Shown: one piece after another, positions 26,401-41,200 of the stretch
Position numbering within the stretch: the first letter of the stretch is position 1
Layout: every line of letters begins with the position of its first letter
Notes under the pieces: model-generated
Told to the model about the DNA's origin: nothing
What the model saw: the letters and a program-made list of their open reading frames with translations, nothing else
The model's database searches: none
Translations under genes and position numbers: made by a program
Source of the DNA: Chrysomallon squamiferum
Taxonomy: Eukaryota; Animalia; Mollusca
DNA: 64,000 nt
Direction of reading: 5' to 3'
NCBI GenBank assembly: GCA_012295275.1
Contig: CM022670.1
Span: forward strand, 29,202,001-29,266,000

Positions 26401-28291
26401 AATTTATTATTTTCAGAGATTTGTTTTATTTTTCAGAAAAGGCCTTTCTGAAAGATGTTTTTATTTTAAGTGTATATGTATTATTGGAAAGTGTATTCTT
26501 GTTAATATTTTTTGTTTAGTTTCTGTTTATGCTGATGTATTTTAATCATTCTAAAAGTTACTGATGTCCTGGTATAGCTATGTGTTTAAAAACATACAGG
26601 ACCATATATTAAATTATATATCACCAGTAATAAAAGGAATAAGCAGTTGTCAGAAAACTAAATATTTAATTAAAAATAGACTAAACAGGATTTATGAAAA
26701 AAAAAAAATTAATAATAAATGTTAAAAATGTATTATTATGTATTTTTGCTTCTAATAAGCACATTTAAAGATGATTAATACAGGTGTAAGTAACAGTAAT
26801 ATAAATCAATTATAATTCCTGAAATTTTTTGAGGATTTGCTTATTCAGAACCTTTGTATGGATGGGCATCTCAAGTCATATATAATGTTACAAAGCAGAA
26901 GAAAAAATGAAAATGCATTGAACAATTTTATAATCCTTAATGATGATATATCTGTAAAGGTTTGTGGTCTGTGGTTTGATTACCTGACCCATTATTATAA
27001 TCAACTATCTTTGGTACATTTATGAGTGGTTTGTATTTCCAAAATCCTTATAATTGTTATCAAGGTAAGGTTTATGAGGAGGCACATACAAAACAACATT
27101 GCAATGAAACATTATTACTTTAAATCCTTTGTACAAAACCTCTTATAACTGTTAAATTATTGTAATAAAATTCATTCATTTCTGCAATGTCATATTCTGT
27201 GTGTTGATTAACACTGACATTATTTCGTATATCATGTTTTATTGCTAGTTCATTAAAATGTACCAATTTTCATCACTAATTTTAAAATCAACATTTCATC
27301 ATTTTTTTTTTTTTTAATTATATATATATATATATTTTTTTTTTTTAAATAAAGCTTATTTTGTCATTACCACACTTGTCACATACATTTATTAAAACAG
27401 TAGTTCTCTTCTGACCTTTTCCAGTTTTATTGAATTTTAATATTGTACGAAACACAACATTGTTTACAATATACAAAATAAATTTTGTAAGTAGCATTAA
27501 AATGTCCTAAACTCGTTAATCTAAACAAATCACAGCCTTGCAACTAATGTTGGAGATATTTCATCTCTACTGGGATTGTCTTAAAACGTTTCTGAAATAA
27601 ATTGTATTAACTTTGAGGTCTTCTTTGTTGCCTTTTTTTAACAAGCGTGTTAGTATTTGTGAAAAGACTCAGTCTGTTATTTTGTTCCTATCATTGCAAT
27701 TTGTTTAGTGTACTTGTTAATTGTTTGTTGTGCTGCATCAGGTTTTGTTACTTTTAAAACATACCTTGGTGGTACATAACACTGATCTAACAAAAATCAA
27801 TACTTTTCATAAGAAAATAATACAAGAACATGAGAAATTTATAAAAAAATAAACTTTTATATATATTGATACATATCAGTATTGTTTGTTTCTAGAAAAA
27901 GATTAAAGAAATAGTAATAAATCATAGGTTTTACTGTAACTGATGATTATCAAGTATATTCATTGCAAAAGCATTGTATTATAATCCATAACAATTCTGA
28001 GATGGGTAGATTGTATTATGCCAATTAAAATGCAGCATAAAATCAGTTAATAAAGCAAAATAATGTACACTTGTGCAAATGAACAGGTAGTTTGCATAAT
28101 GAAAGATGCTCTTCCACACATTTTAGTGAGATTCACGTCATGAAAATGCAGTAACACACACCGATTTAGATACTATTTTTTTCTCTTTTTTTCTGAAAAC
28201 TGGTGTGGTGAAGGTTGGTTGATGTAAATAATTGATTATTTACATCCAGAGGACTGGTATGTAAAAAGACTGGCAGGCAACTGAATATTAA

Positions 28292-28908
28292 CCATTTAAA
28301 TGTCACTGGTCACCACAGGTAAATCTTTTGCCTTGATGTTAAACTGAACATACCTTACACTGGACACCACAGCAGTATTTTCTACATTAATTATGAATAC
28401 CAGCATAGTGTGATAACCTTCAAAAATCTCACACAAGCTCCAAAAATATCAGATCATGCAGGCCATAAAAAAGTTTCAACTAATTCAGGTGCAGATACTC
28501 TATGGCCCATTGAGGTTGAAAATGAACTGGCATGGCTGTCAAAATGAACAATGACCACTCTCTCTCTGAATGTTCCAAGTTCAGTCACCATTTCCAGTTT
28601 ACAATCAAAGAAGATGCAGTCCCAAAGGAAACTTCATCCAAAATGTTTTAGTTAAGAAATTTCCATATTTCAGTTCAGTCATCCACTCCTTAAGTTGGAG
28701 CTGACTTGTCATCTGACCCCAATCATTATGTTCCAGTAGGCTCTTGTGATTCACTACCTCAGATGTCAGTGAGGTTGAACGGGAAGAAGACACTGCTCTC
28801 AAAGTTCTCATCACAGTGCAGCAGCATCCTTCTGAAAGAGGATGTGATCACTTTTGCAAATTCTTCACTGGGTTCTTACACTTATGTTTTGATCTGACAA
28901 TAAAATGG
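28292..28908 (-). mobile_element. Degenerate piggyBac-like element, 617 bp
   Basis: TTAA at both ends (28288-28291, 28909-28912). 14-bp imperfect TIRs CCATTTAAATGTCA and (reverse complement) CCATTTTATTGTCA. Interior is GC-richer than the flanks, with broken minus-strand coding-like segments (e.g. CIFFDCKLEMVTE) weakly like piggyBac transposase. Confidence 0.5.
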
Positions 28909-29581
28909 TTAATATTTAGTTGCCTGCCAGAGAAAATTGGCTTGTGCTTAACTTTTGTACAGGTGTATATCAGTTTACTCAGTTTTTAAAACATTATATT
29001 TATTTTTTCTTGTGTTTTGAGGGTTTTTTGGTTTATATTTTCATCTTTTTGAAAAAAGAAAAGTAAATAACACCAGCTGGTGGCTTCATTAAAAGTTTTG
29101 TTTTATATTATGTTACAGGTAATGAATATTTAGCTTACTTCGCAAAATTTTAGTTTGGATTAAATAATGGTTCATGTTATTAGTTTATTATTATTTTTAT
29201 TTATTTTATTTTGGTTTGGGCTTTATGTAGCTCAATAGTTAGAACACAAAAGTGAGACAAACTTTAATATATAATTGACGTGTGGCAAAATAGGATAGTG
29301 TTCAAATTAAATTTGAGTTATAGCTTATTAATGAAAAGACCTAATTCTTTGTTACAAAATCTGTAATTATTCTGAAAGTTTTAAGCTGATTTAGATAATT
29401 CAAGAAGTATTTTGATATATAGAATATATTCCATCAAAACTTGAGTTTTGATAATTTTCACCATGTGACTGGTTATTCTCTGTTTGCTACACATATATTC
29501 AATTGGTTTATCAAAAGCCTTAATAATTTAAAACACTATTTCCTTTTGACTGTTTACAAAAAAATCATTTTTGAATAGACT

Positions 29582-30162
29582 CATGGTTCTGTGTAGAGCT
29601 GTAGGGCCCATAGCAAAACAGCATAGGCCCCTACTACTGGCTAGTTTCAAAAGTAAAAGCAGCCACCTCAACCCATGCCCAGTACTGTCATAGCTTTACA
29701 TACAACATAAACATATCTTAATATTTGAACAATCAGTTAGATGTATTGTTGAAACAAAAGGAATCTTGCCCACAGTATTAAAAACCAGTGCAAATACCAT
29801 TAAACTATAATGTGACTACATGTATGTCCCAAAAATCTGGGTCAAGGTTTAGGCCAGTAGACAAATGTGATTCAGGCTTAGATTAAGTCATGTACCATTC
29901 TTCAGTGTATTTACAACAAAGCAACTAGTGAAATAGTTGTGGTCCACTGGCTGGCGAGGAAAGAAAATTTCAGCAACAAAACTGTTCAAAAACATACCTG
30001 TACACAAAACAAATACCAAAGGCTATAGTCAAAATCATGATACCCAGCATTTTGATTTTAAAAATCAGACCAAAAAAGGAAATAGAAAAAGAAATGTTAT
30101 CGACGGGGCACATGAAAGCATGGGGCCTGTAGCAGTTGTTAATTTGGTACTGGTTCTATGCA
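29582..30162. mobile_element. Possible old hAT-type MITE remnant
   Basis: GGGCCCC/GGCCCC motifs near the left end and GGGGC/GGGGCC followed by TGTAGCAGTTG near the right end, as in the subterminal repeats of many invertebrate hAT non-autonomous elements. No clean TIR or 8-bp TSD found and boundaries are approximate. Confidence 0.3.
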
Positions 30163-33100
30163 CTCAAAGAATGATAAACCCAGTAAATGTGTTAACTTAA
30201 TTCACATTAAATATTATTGGCTAGAATCTCATTTACCTTTAACCAATGTTGGAAGTGCATTAAATATAAATAATAATAATAAAATGACAAAAAAATTAGA
30301 ATCCATTTTAGTTGGCAATTTTGATGAGAAGTCACTAACCCTAAAAGTTAAGTCTTCCAAAAGTGAACAAAATAGTGACATTCAAACATTTTGATATTGG
30401 TTCCCATCTTTTTCTTTGGTGGCTCTATGCCTTACATTACTGCAGGAATTGTGCAAAGATGCCATTACTGTTCAGTTTGAGTAAAACACAAACAAGACGT
30501 AATTAATGTAACAAGAACATGTGTAAAAATATAAACAAAAAATAATGTAAAAAACTATTAAAAAAAACATAAAAAAATAAAAGGGAAAACGGACTGCAAC
30601 TCTGGGCAAAGAACTGTTGACCCATGGCATGCTTCCATTTCCAACACTAATGTATGTATATGTATATATCAAAAACCACCATAAAATAGTTCAAAAATAT
30701 AAAATTTATTTTCATTTATATTTTGAAATATAAATATGTTGACAAACATTTAAATGCATATTTTTGTTACATTATTTATTTCTCGTTTTTTTCTAGTAAG
30801 TTCATTTTAAAAGTATTCATATTGTAATTAAATGCTCAAATAATTTTTAAAAGAAGTAAATATTAAGAAATTGCTAAAAATAAAAACACTTGATGCAAGT
30901 GAATCACATGATACTCAACAAGCTTTTTTGTATATTTACACTTCATATTTACTAAGGAAATTCTGTTTTACAATTTTTCTAAATTACAAAGCTGCCATGT
31001 CAAACTGATAAAAATGTTCTTACATTAACTTTTGAACTGAAATATATATGAAGATTTATGTGCCATAAATACTTAAACAGAACAGAGAATTGAACAAAAT
31101 CCCTGTAAAATCGGAAGCCAGTTCTTAGAAAGTGGAAAAATAGAAGAAAAAAAAAAAAACTCTACTACTGGTTTTTAAAAACAACAGTAAGGAAATGTTT
31201 GTAAAAATTACATTCAGGGTTTATTGTAAGAAAGTTGTAAATAAAACTACATGCTAGTATATAATATTGTTCTTCAGTTTCTTCATAAACATTTAAAAAA
31301 ATAAATTCATAAAAATACAAAAGATATCATGGCCAAAGCATTTAAAATTATGATTATTTCAAATATATTAACAATAATTTTGCTATTGAAAAATAACTAC
31401 ACTTTTTAATATTAAGGAAATAAAGCTGCAACTGTTTGCATTAATGAAGGTACATATTATAAGACGTTAAAATTCAAACAACCTTTTAAGATAATAATTA
31501 TAAATTTCATTTAACTATTATCACAGCAGTTAATGATGCTTAATTATAAAAACAAGTCAAAATTCACAATGGTGGCATTTCACAAATCAAATACAACACA
31601 ACAAAAATAATTCAGTGATCAGAAAATACTTTAATCATGATAAACATAAATTTTCTGTAATTTTTGGACCAATAATATATCTAAATAATATATATGAAAA
31701 AATAAAACAAATAATAATAAGATCTAATAAACTAAATTTGTTTTGATTACAGCATGTTTGGATCACAACATGTGAGTAATAGACTCTGAAAACGAAACTT
31801 CAAAATACTATGATATTGTAGTTGTACCATCATATATCAGCAGATGTTTTATTTTGTAAAAATCATTTTGATACTCAGTTTATTTGATAAAATATGTAGC
31901 AAGATACACTTTATTAGATGAGTACAACAATAAATAATTTAAATACAAACTGGTACATGTAAACCCTGAAAATACATAGAGCAAACACATTAAATTCTTT
32001 TTTTGTTTGCAAACTGATATGATATGTTGTTTTTTAGAAATTATAAAACAACTGAACTACATTTTTTAATTTTTTAAACTGGTATATTTTAAGGAAAGGG
32101 AATATAAGTATAGTATTGAGAATGTAAAAAAATAAAAAACATGCATTAAAATGATTTTATATTTGTTTTCATTTTTTGTTTCTTTTTAAAGATATGACAG
32201 AGTATTTACTTTCCCTGTAGTACAAATTAATTATCAGACTTTAGATAATGTGAAGAGTTCTTTATTTCTTTGCTGATTTCTGTAATTTGAAAATGAAGCA
32301 TTACAACAACTACTTGATGAGATTTTTATAGTAAAAAAATTCAATATCTCTTAATCTTAATAAAACTAAAAAACCGACATTTTATCCTTTACATACATTG
32401 CCTACAAAACATTATTTAAAGGTTAAAAAAATTATAGTATATTGTATGAATCAACAACAAGACAGAAAATCCCCCCCAAAAAAAAACAACAACAAAAAAC
32501 CTGCAACTGAAATTGAGGTAATCAACTAATGAATTTATTGTCATGGAAATTCAATGGAAAAAAAATGCCATGTTATTACCCATTCCAAGGAAATACCTCA
32601 ACATTTTTATTTTTTTATTTTATGAATTCCATTTCATTTGATTTTTATTCTGGGAAAAACTTTTTTTTTTTTTTTTTTTTTTTAATACTATGCGCACACA
32701 CACACACCTTTAATAAAGAAATCACTGGTCCCCCCAAAAAAGGAATTTAACTGCAGAACCATTCCTCATTTTATCACAGATATAAAATCAACATCAATTT
32801 CATTATTTTACATATTATAAGATGCTACACATTTTAAAATAACCATTCAAACCCTGTTTAAAGATTAACAATGAAATAATAATAATAATTTCTTGAATAC
32901 TCATAAATGTTCAGTTCAAAAACAATCATAAAACTATATTAAAAGAAACAATTAAATGGTGGTCACTATGATATCTAGATTTATGTAATCTAGTGCATCA
33001 TAAATAAAAAAATCTTTTCGGTTTTATGAAATGACTCGGGAGAAAACTAGGGCACTGCATTCAAAGGAGACATAGCCTGAAAACATTTCAGAATGACTAT

Positions 33101-35212
33101 TGGAAACCAAGGTTTTGAGATATAATTATTTAACATGAATATTTATTACATCAACACTAAAGCAATGGACAGGACTATAATATAAATCACATATCTGGAG
33201 AAAGAAATAAACAAATTTTTATACAAAAGTCCATAAAACACAAATTATAAATATTTTCAGTCAAGTTACCAGAAATGTAAGTCAGCGTTGTTGTTGGGTT
33301 TTTTGTTAATTACTTATGTACTAATATCTAGTTATCTTTCATAATTCACAATTATTTAACAAAACAGTTTGAGAAGTTTGCTTATTTATAGGACTCTCAT
33401 ATTTTAACATGAAAAATACAACTATTGATTTTAATTGTTTGAGTGTGTGTGCGTGTGTGTATGTTTAAGCAAAGCCTGATAAATACAGCTTACTAAGCTT
33501 TGGTTGGCATGATTTTATATTTTTCTAAAAAAAAAACACATTTATATATAAAACATATACTTCATTTAGATAGAAAACATATGTTAAACAAGTGTGAGAA
33601 TAAAACAGAAGCTGTGTATCAAAACAAAAGCAACTATCAACATTTGGTCTTTTAATTAAATATAGGCAACTAGGTTGTAATGGAAAATAAAATATTTTTT
33701 CCTTCAATGTTTATTCATTATTTTTGTTCTTTGAGGGTTTTGGGGGGTTTTTGTATGTGTATGTGCATACATGTGTGCATGTGTCTGTGTGTCAGTGTGT
33801 GTTTAATTATTATTTTATTGTCATTCCACAATCCAATTATGATGCCCTTCCTGGGTTTTTTTAAGGTGTGGACTGACAAAGTGACACAAATTATCTACTT
33901 CCAGAATAAAAAAATAAAATTAAAAAATAAATAAATGTTTTGTTTTTAAAATTATTTATATATGCAGTATGTATTTACTACATTAGTATGTTCTTGTTTA
34001 CCTCATATCCATTTTCCTAACAGAAGGTTCAGGTTATGTGACTTTTTAATATTCCTTTAAGGAATTTATATCAAGCATTCTGTGATAAAACAAAGCTAAT
34101 TCATTAATAAATAGAAATGTAAAAAGCTTACTAAAGTTCTGGTGAATATTAAAACCTGATTCCCATTCAACTTCAGTATTAAATATTTTTCAAGCAAACT
34201 ATTTTTGGGCACTTGCCATTTGGCAGTATGAGCTGTTTTTATACTATATGTTCAAAATGGATCAGATAAACAGAAGAAAAAAAAAAAATTATCAGTGATG
34301 GAAAAATATAGAATTTTTCTTTTTTTATAACTTCTTAGAAACAAGTTTTGAAATATGTACAAAACAAATAACATATCCAGGTAACAAATGATTATATGAA
34401 AATAAAAATTGTAACAAAGTAGGAAGGAGGCTGCTTTGTTAGTATATCACAGGAATTGCCACAAACACAGTAATAACAAATATTGTAGACTTAAGTTAAT
34501 TTTTATTTGTTTGCATATGTACTTTTCTTTTTACTTATTTACCTGATAATTTAATATGTTATTTCTTGTGAAATTCAGTGGTTTCAAATATAAGTTTTGT
34601 TTTACATTATCTTCATAAACAGTGTGTAACAGAGACATATACTTTAAACTGTTCACTAGATCTGATTAAATTTGAAAACTAAATTTTTTTTATCACAACA
34701 TCTATAGTGTCTGAAATCAAAATAAATTTGTCATCATGATTAGAAAGAGATGAAATTTAAACAAATAAATAAATAAATATGAAGAAAGTCTAAAATAAAC
34801 AAAAATAAAACACCAGCCTCTCATTAAAACATAAATATCAGATATGTCATGGAATGAATGAGTGAATACATTTACTAAAACTTGTAAATTATACTCTCAA
34901 ACTGTTTTAAAATATTAATCTGTTTTTTTTTGTGTTTTTTTTAAAGTTCTGGCAAAAGAAATAAATTCAAGTTAAGGCAGTCTGGAAATAATTGACAATG
35001 CGTAATTTTGTAGTACAAAAGAAAATAGGTTTATATTTAACAACATCACTGTGCATAACCATTAAGTGTCATTTTGCGTATATGGTGGGGTTTTTTTGAT
35101 TATCAGTGAAAAACGTCTTTTATGATTAGTGTGTTAAATGATAAAAATATTTGAACTCCTTGTTTGAATCATAGCACCTACTTAACAGCAAGGAAGGGAA
35201 ATTCAGTTAAAC

Positions 35213-38200
35213 TTAGGTTTCAACAAATCCCTCAGTAGATCTGTTCCGGTGTCTAACTTCAATATTTTCCATTCCATTTTGATTATGAGAAACTGTATTT
35301 ATATTCTGCTGCTCCTCTACAGCACCACTAACTGTCACTATGGGAACATTTTCAACACCTGTCTCCTTCTGTAACTGTTTCTCTTTCAAAATCTCGTTAG
35401 GACAAATTGTTCCCTGGAGTGCACGCAAAGAAAATCTGAAATAAATCAGAAATGAAAGATGAATGTGTTCTGTTTTAATGCTTTGCATGTTTTACTTTAT
35501 CACTTTTATTCCTATGATACAGAACAAACTACGACAATGATGATACTGTTAATTTTCATGTTTGTTTCCATAATATATTTTTAAATTATAAATATATGAA
35601 TAATGATTAAGGATATTTCAACAGATTTTAATAATGATAATCACTAGTTGTCAGCTACAGATGTAAGAGAGGGTAACCATGGGCTCCTTGCATTAATTAG
35701 CAGTTAGGAATCTTTTATATTTAGCACAGACAGAAAAATAAGTATCAAAGCCATTGATAAACTATCTGCATTGTCTGGATGTTTTTGGAAATAGCCTAAC
35801 AGACACATTTCTGTAGCTTCAATTCACTGTTTTACCTACTTCAGATTCATAACAATGTATGAGTAGTAATAAAAAAATAAGATTTAATTTTTTACCTTGG
35901 TAAAAGAGCTAACACACAGGTAAGAATCACTGTACATGAGTGTATGGGTTGTGATATTGTGTTCTCCATCACCCAGTATGGATTGGACGGATGATCCCAG
36001 GTAAAGAAAATAAGATTGGAGATAATAGCAAATATCCAGAAAAACAGGAAGCTCACAACAAGTGTTACCCATTGCAGCCAGATCTGATAAGAAAAGAAAA
36101 ACATTTATTTATAGACAGCTTCTCTCATAAATGAATATATAACTTTATTTACTGATGTTATGTTAAAAACTGAAATAAATACTGTTGTTTTTAAATCAAC
36201 AAATTAAAGTCAGTTATTTTTTTTCTATTAATTCTATTAATCTGATACTGTGTAGTTTTTGTTTTAAACCAACAGAAATTTAACATTTAAAATTAATACA
36301 CACGTTCATGATTTTTAATAGATAACATTTGAATTTATTGTCATTAAAATATGGTTTTTTCAAGTATCAGTATTAAAAGAAAAACAAATGTAGCTAACCC
36401 AGGATGTGGTTTCAAGACCAAGGTGTAGCAGTTGTGTAAGGATCATACAGGTACACATAGTGCTGCCCATTTCCCAAATACCAGCAGTAGAACCTGAATA
36501 TGCCTGAATAAAAAAAAAGTTTAAACTTTTAAAATATGAAATTAATCATACAGATACACCCAGTACTGCCCATTTAGCATGAAATTTATGTGATCATAAT
36601 AGTAATGTGATAAATGAAATTCAGTATTATTTGTATTATTGATATAATGCATTCATTTCTTGTATTTGTTTCCACATATAACAAACAAAAATTGATAAAC
36701 TAATACATTTTATTATGAGGAAAACATTATTTTGGTAAACTTTTATTATTCCAGAATAATGGTTGCAGGTTTCTTTTCTAACCAAGACTGTGTAATTCAT
36801 CATTTATAAACATGGCCTTTTACTAATTTAGCCTGATTTTTTAGGATAAAGTAATACTTAATAACTGCTATCCAATTATTTTATTTGAATATACATCTGC
36901 TTTCCAAAAATTGAGATAATGCAAGCTGATTAATTGTCCAAAAAAGGAAAGTTTTATTGGTAAAAATATAATCTCCAACACACCAAACATTAATATAAAA
37001 TACATTTTCCTGTCACGTATGACTGTCACATTTAATTTGTGATGTTTTAATTTCATTTTTCGTTGACAGTATATATATATAAAAAAAAAATGTAAAAAGT
37101 GTGAACAGGCTCATTAATTCTTCAGAAATTTAATTTCAAAAATAATTTTTTTTCAAATAAATAGGTTATTTAGATTTAACAGGTTTTTAAGAAATTCATC
37201 TTATTTGATGTCAGTACACAACTGTAAGAACAATAATTAAAATATGATATTCAAATACTGAATATTTAATTGAGTTGACTAATACTGTGACCGTTTTAAT
37301 GGCTGAAAATTAATTAAGTTGTGAGGTATTTAAGTAGGATGTAACTCACCAAATGTGGAATGAAATATATGACACAACTCTGATACATTCCATCTAAAGT
37401 GGAAACAAGAAATGTCCATTGTGTGTACATCTGAAAGAAAAAAAGAGTTTGAATTACTAATCAAAGTGTGAAACCATATTTAACATCCAATTTAGAAAGT
37501 TTAATAATTAATGCATCTCTTGAATTAACTAAACATATTTATTTATATGGTACAGTTTGAATAAAATCAGTTTTGATGAATCTATTATATAGATATCTAC
37601 ATTTATTTTAATACAGTTTTTTAAAAGCATCTAATTAAGATACAACCATTGCTTTTCAAAGAAAAAAAAAATTCCTAAAAAGCATATAAATTTATATTTG
37701 TGGATGTGCATATGTGTAAACAGAAAGTTAGAGAGAAAAACAAGAATTATATGAAAATATGCTAAGTATTTCTAAACACAAAGCATTTTACAGATTTTCC
37801 TGATGACAGTAGGCACAAACAATTATTTAAAAGACCCTGTATGTTACTTTAAATGTGTGCACATGTGTTTTGTATTTTAATGATAATATGTTTTTAACCT
37901 CTCCTCTGATTCCTGTTTTATAGAGGTGTGGTTTGGCAAGGAGGACATCAGCATCTATATCCTTATCAAAAATACCATTTATGAGTGGTGGCAAAGAGGT
38001 GAATAACACATGTTGCAACAATAAATAGATCGAATCTATCTGAAGTGAACCAGAGAAACCACTGAACAATTGATACCAGAAGATGACAAACACAGAACCC
38101 TGAAATAAATTTTTTTTTACAAAAATTAAAGATGAAAAATAAAACTCTAAAATACATTTCAAAATTATATTCTCTAAATAACAGAATAAAATATCAATGA

Positions 38201-41200
38201 ATATTTATTATTTTAATGAAAAAAAAAAAATAAAAAAAAAAATAAAAAAATGTGTGACATATAAAACCAATCTGACCTTAACTTATGAAGCCAGTTTGTT
38301 TCAGTTTATCATTATTATTTTTTTAATTTGATATTACATTAACTTATGCATATTTACTTTTGTCTGTAAACAGTTAAAACTATCAGTCTTCTAAAACTAT
38401 TACCAGACTTTTGTAGAACATGTATGCAGCAAACTTTCCCAGTCGGTCGTAGCTCCAGTGACCGTGAACAAGGAGAAGGCGAACAAGAAATTTGAATCGG
38501 GCTATAGCAAAGTCAGATGACATGACTGCTTGCATTCCTTCCTGCCCAGATATTCCTATACCAACATCTGCTGTCTGTATCATGCTGACATCATTGGCTC
38601 CATCACCTACAAAACACAAACATTTTAAGTAAAAAAAAAAAAAAAAATATATTCGTAGTGATAAGTCAGCTGGATACATTGTTTTGTACATGCTGTTTGT
38701 GGCTAAAATTAACCACAAAAAACACAATAAATTAAAAAACATATATTAAAAAAATAAAAAAAATAAAATGAATTTAAAATGGCAAATTTAAGTAAAAAAT
38801 AAACCACAGAAAATATAATCAATTTCAACGTTTTGAATTTGTTAGCAGTGAAATATTCAGTTGGTATATGAAGTGAAACAAGGAAGTGATATAAATTTTA
38901 TGTGTATATATATATATACAGAGAGAGAGAGACAGAGAGACAGAGAGAGAGAGAGAGATTATGTCGGTTTAATTGTTCCATAACTAAACTACTGAAAAAA
39001 CCATTTTTTATGATAAACTGAAAACTAAGTAATTAACATGAAAAGCTAATTATTATTTCTAAAATTAAATTTTAAGTTTATTCGTCTAAAGATATCTTTA
39101 ACATACATTTTCAATTATTTTACTTACCAATTGCAAGTGTCAGCTTCTTCAGATGATCTCGAACCATTTTAACAACATTGCCCTAAAGAAAAAAACACTG
39201 TTGAAAACTTCTTAACATCAGAAATAATAAAAATATTTTAAATAACACAAAACTATTATTTTAACAGATTAAACATATTTCATTTCAAATCTAGTTTTAC
39301 TGATTTTAAAATTTTTTTTTTTTTTTTTAATGAGACACAAAGAAGTAGCAGACTAAAGTAATTTTAAAATTTACAAAATAATTTACCTTCTGTATTGGTG
39401 TAGCTCTACAGCACATTACTGAATTACATTTCTGACTTAGGACAAGGAACTGTTTTTCAAGATTTTGCTTCAAGGCAAAGGCAAGTGTTTTTCCATCAAT
39501 TATCAGTGCATAGTCCTTCTTGCTAGTGTCCTGTGCAATCTGTCCTGTATGGTGCTCTATTAAAGCTCTAGCTTCTTCCTGTCAGTTAAGGTATATGTTT
39601 TAAATGATAAAACCTTTCAATAACTAAATTTCTTATAATATTTATTATAAAATCAAAAAACAATAATAATATAATTATATCAACAACAGCCAACCATTCA
39701 ACATAATTTTAAATACTCTTTCAGAAATTTATCTTCATCAAAATTTTATTTAAATAAAATATATTCTTTTTAGAATATCCCTAGAAATGTGAACTGGTTT
39801 GGTACTGAGCTACAAATATGGAAAACACAGAAGATATATGTGTTTTCAGCTCTATATCACAAAAAGACTGTGATCTGCAAGTGTTTCTTGTGCAAGGTAA
39901 ACACTGATAATTGACCAAAGGTTACTGGTTGCTGGCCAGCCTGATTTAAGCACTGTGATTAAATACTGCCTAGGCCAGAAGCTTAAAGCCTCCAAAATCC
40001 AATCCTCCTTACATTCCATACAGGAGAAGTGCTGCTGAATTTTAACACAAGGGAAAAGTTGTATGGTGTGTCTCTAAAAAAAAGCTTATATATATATCAG
40101 AATGGGCTCAGAAAGCTGGGTTTTTTCCATATTAAGACAGGTGTATAACTTTATAAAAAGATGCATAACATTTGTTGAATATGACTTCTAGTATAAATAC
40201 AATAACGTATATTATTTCAGTTCTGTAAGCTCACTATGTGGAAAGAATTATTCTGCTGGAACCAAGTAAAACTCTTACTTCTGTGTTTGAATTGAGAATA
40301 ATAAGCTCTTGATTTTCATCAATAAGACGTGAAGCATAAGCAATCTGTATGGCTGTCTCTTGTTTGTCTCCTGTCAACACCCAGATATTGATTCCTGCCT
40401 CTCTGAGTGTGGCAATACTTTCAGGAACACCTTCCTGTAACTTGTCCTCTATACCAGTTGCACCTAATTAACAAATAAAAATAATATAATTCAAACACTA
40501 AGTACTGACTTAAAAAAACAACACTTCTTGATGTTTTTCTGAATTAAAAAAATAAAATAAACACCATGCAACATTAAGATACTTTAAATAAGATGACAAA
40601 CGTGGAACAAATCTAAAACTAGGGTATAGGCCATTTTCAAATATACATACAAAAGCAAAATAAAGCAGAGCTAATTATCATTTTAGAATTAAGGAAGAAA
40701 TCTATTAAACATTTCTTTTTCTTCCTATTTTAATATGTATTCATATTTTTCTATTTACAAAATTAACAAAATTAACAAAATCTTTTCCAAATGTTTTTTG
40801 TACTCTTTAATACTGAAAATATGGCATAGTGTCTTTTACTCATGAACTTACCAAGCAATTCTAGATCCTTTTCAATCCTGCACACAGATTCCATGATTAA
40901 CTGTTCTCTGTTTTCTATTGCAGATTCAGCTTCTCTGTGGCCTTTCATCCACTGTTGAAATTCTTCATTTGTAAGAACCTGAAGCAGTGACATTCAGAAA
41001 TGATACCTGAATTTACTATCAGTATTTTTTCTCTCTACTGTGTTTTTATTATGCAACTGTCTATAGTAAGAGATTATACAAGGTTGATATTATAATGTTA
41101 TTACATACGTTGCTAGCCTAACAAACACCTTTTGACTAATTTCTATTCAAGATTTCAGTAATTATATCCATATTACACATATTATTATTCTAACAAAAGC

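Noticed and set aside
23413-27170. Pumilio (TGTAHATA at 25184, 26314) and CPE-like sites in a probable long 3' UTR
   Set aside because: Expected by chance at this AT content, and the UTR end cannot be fixed without transcripts.
39808-39852. Small hairpin GAAAACACA...TGTGTTTTC in an ATP10 intron as a miRNA or H/ACA RNA
   Set aside because: The stem is only 9 bp plus a bulged extension, too weak to call.
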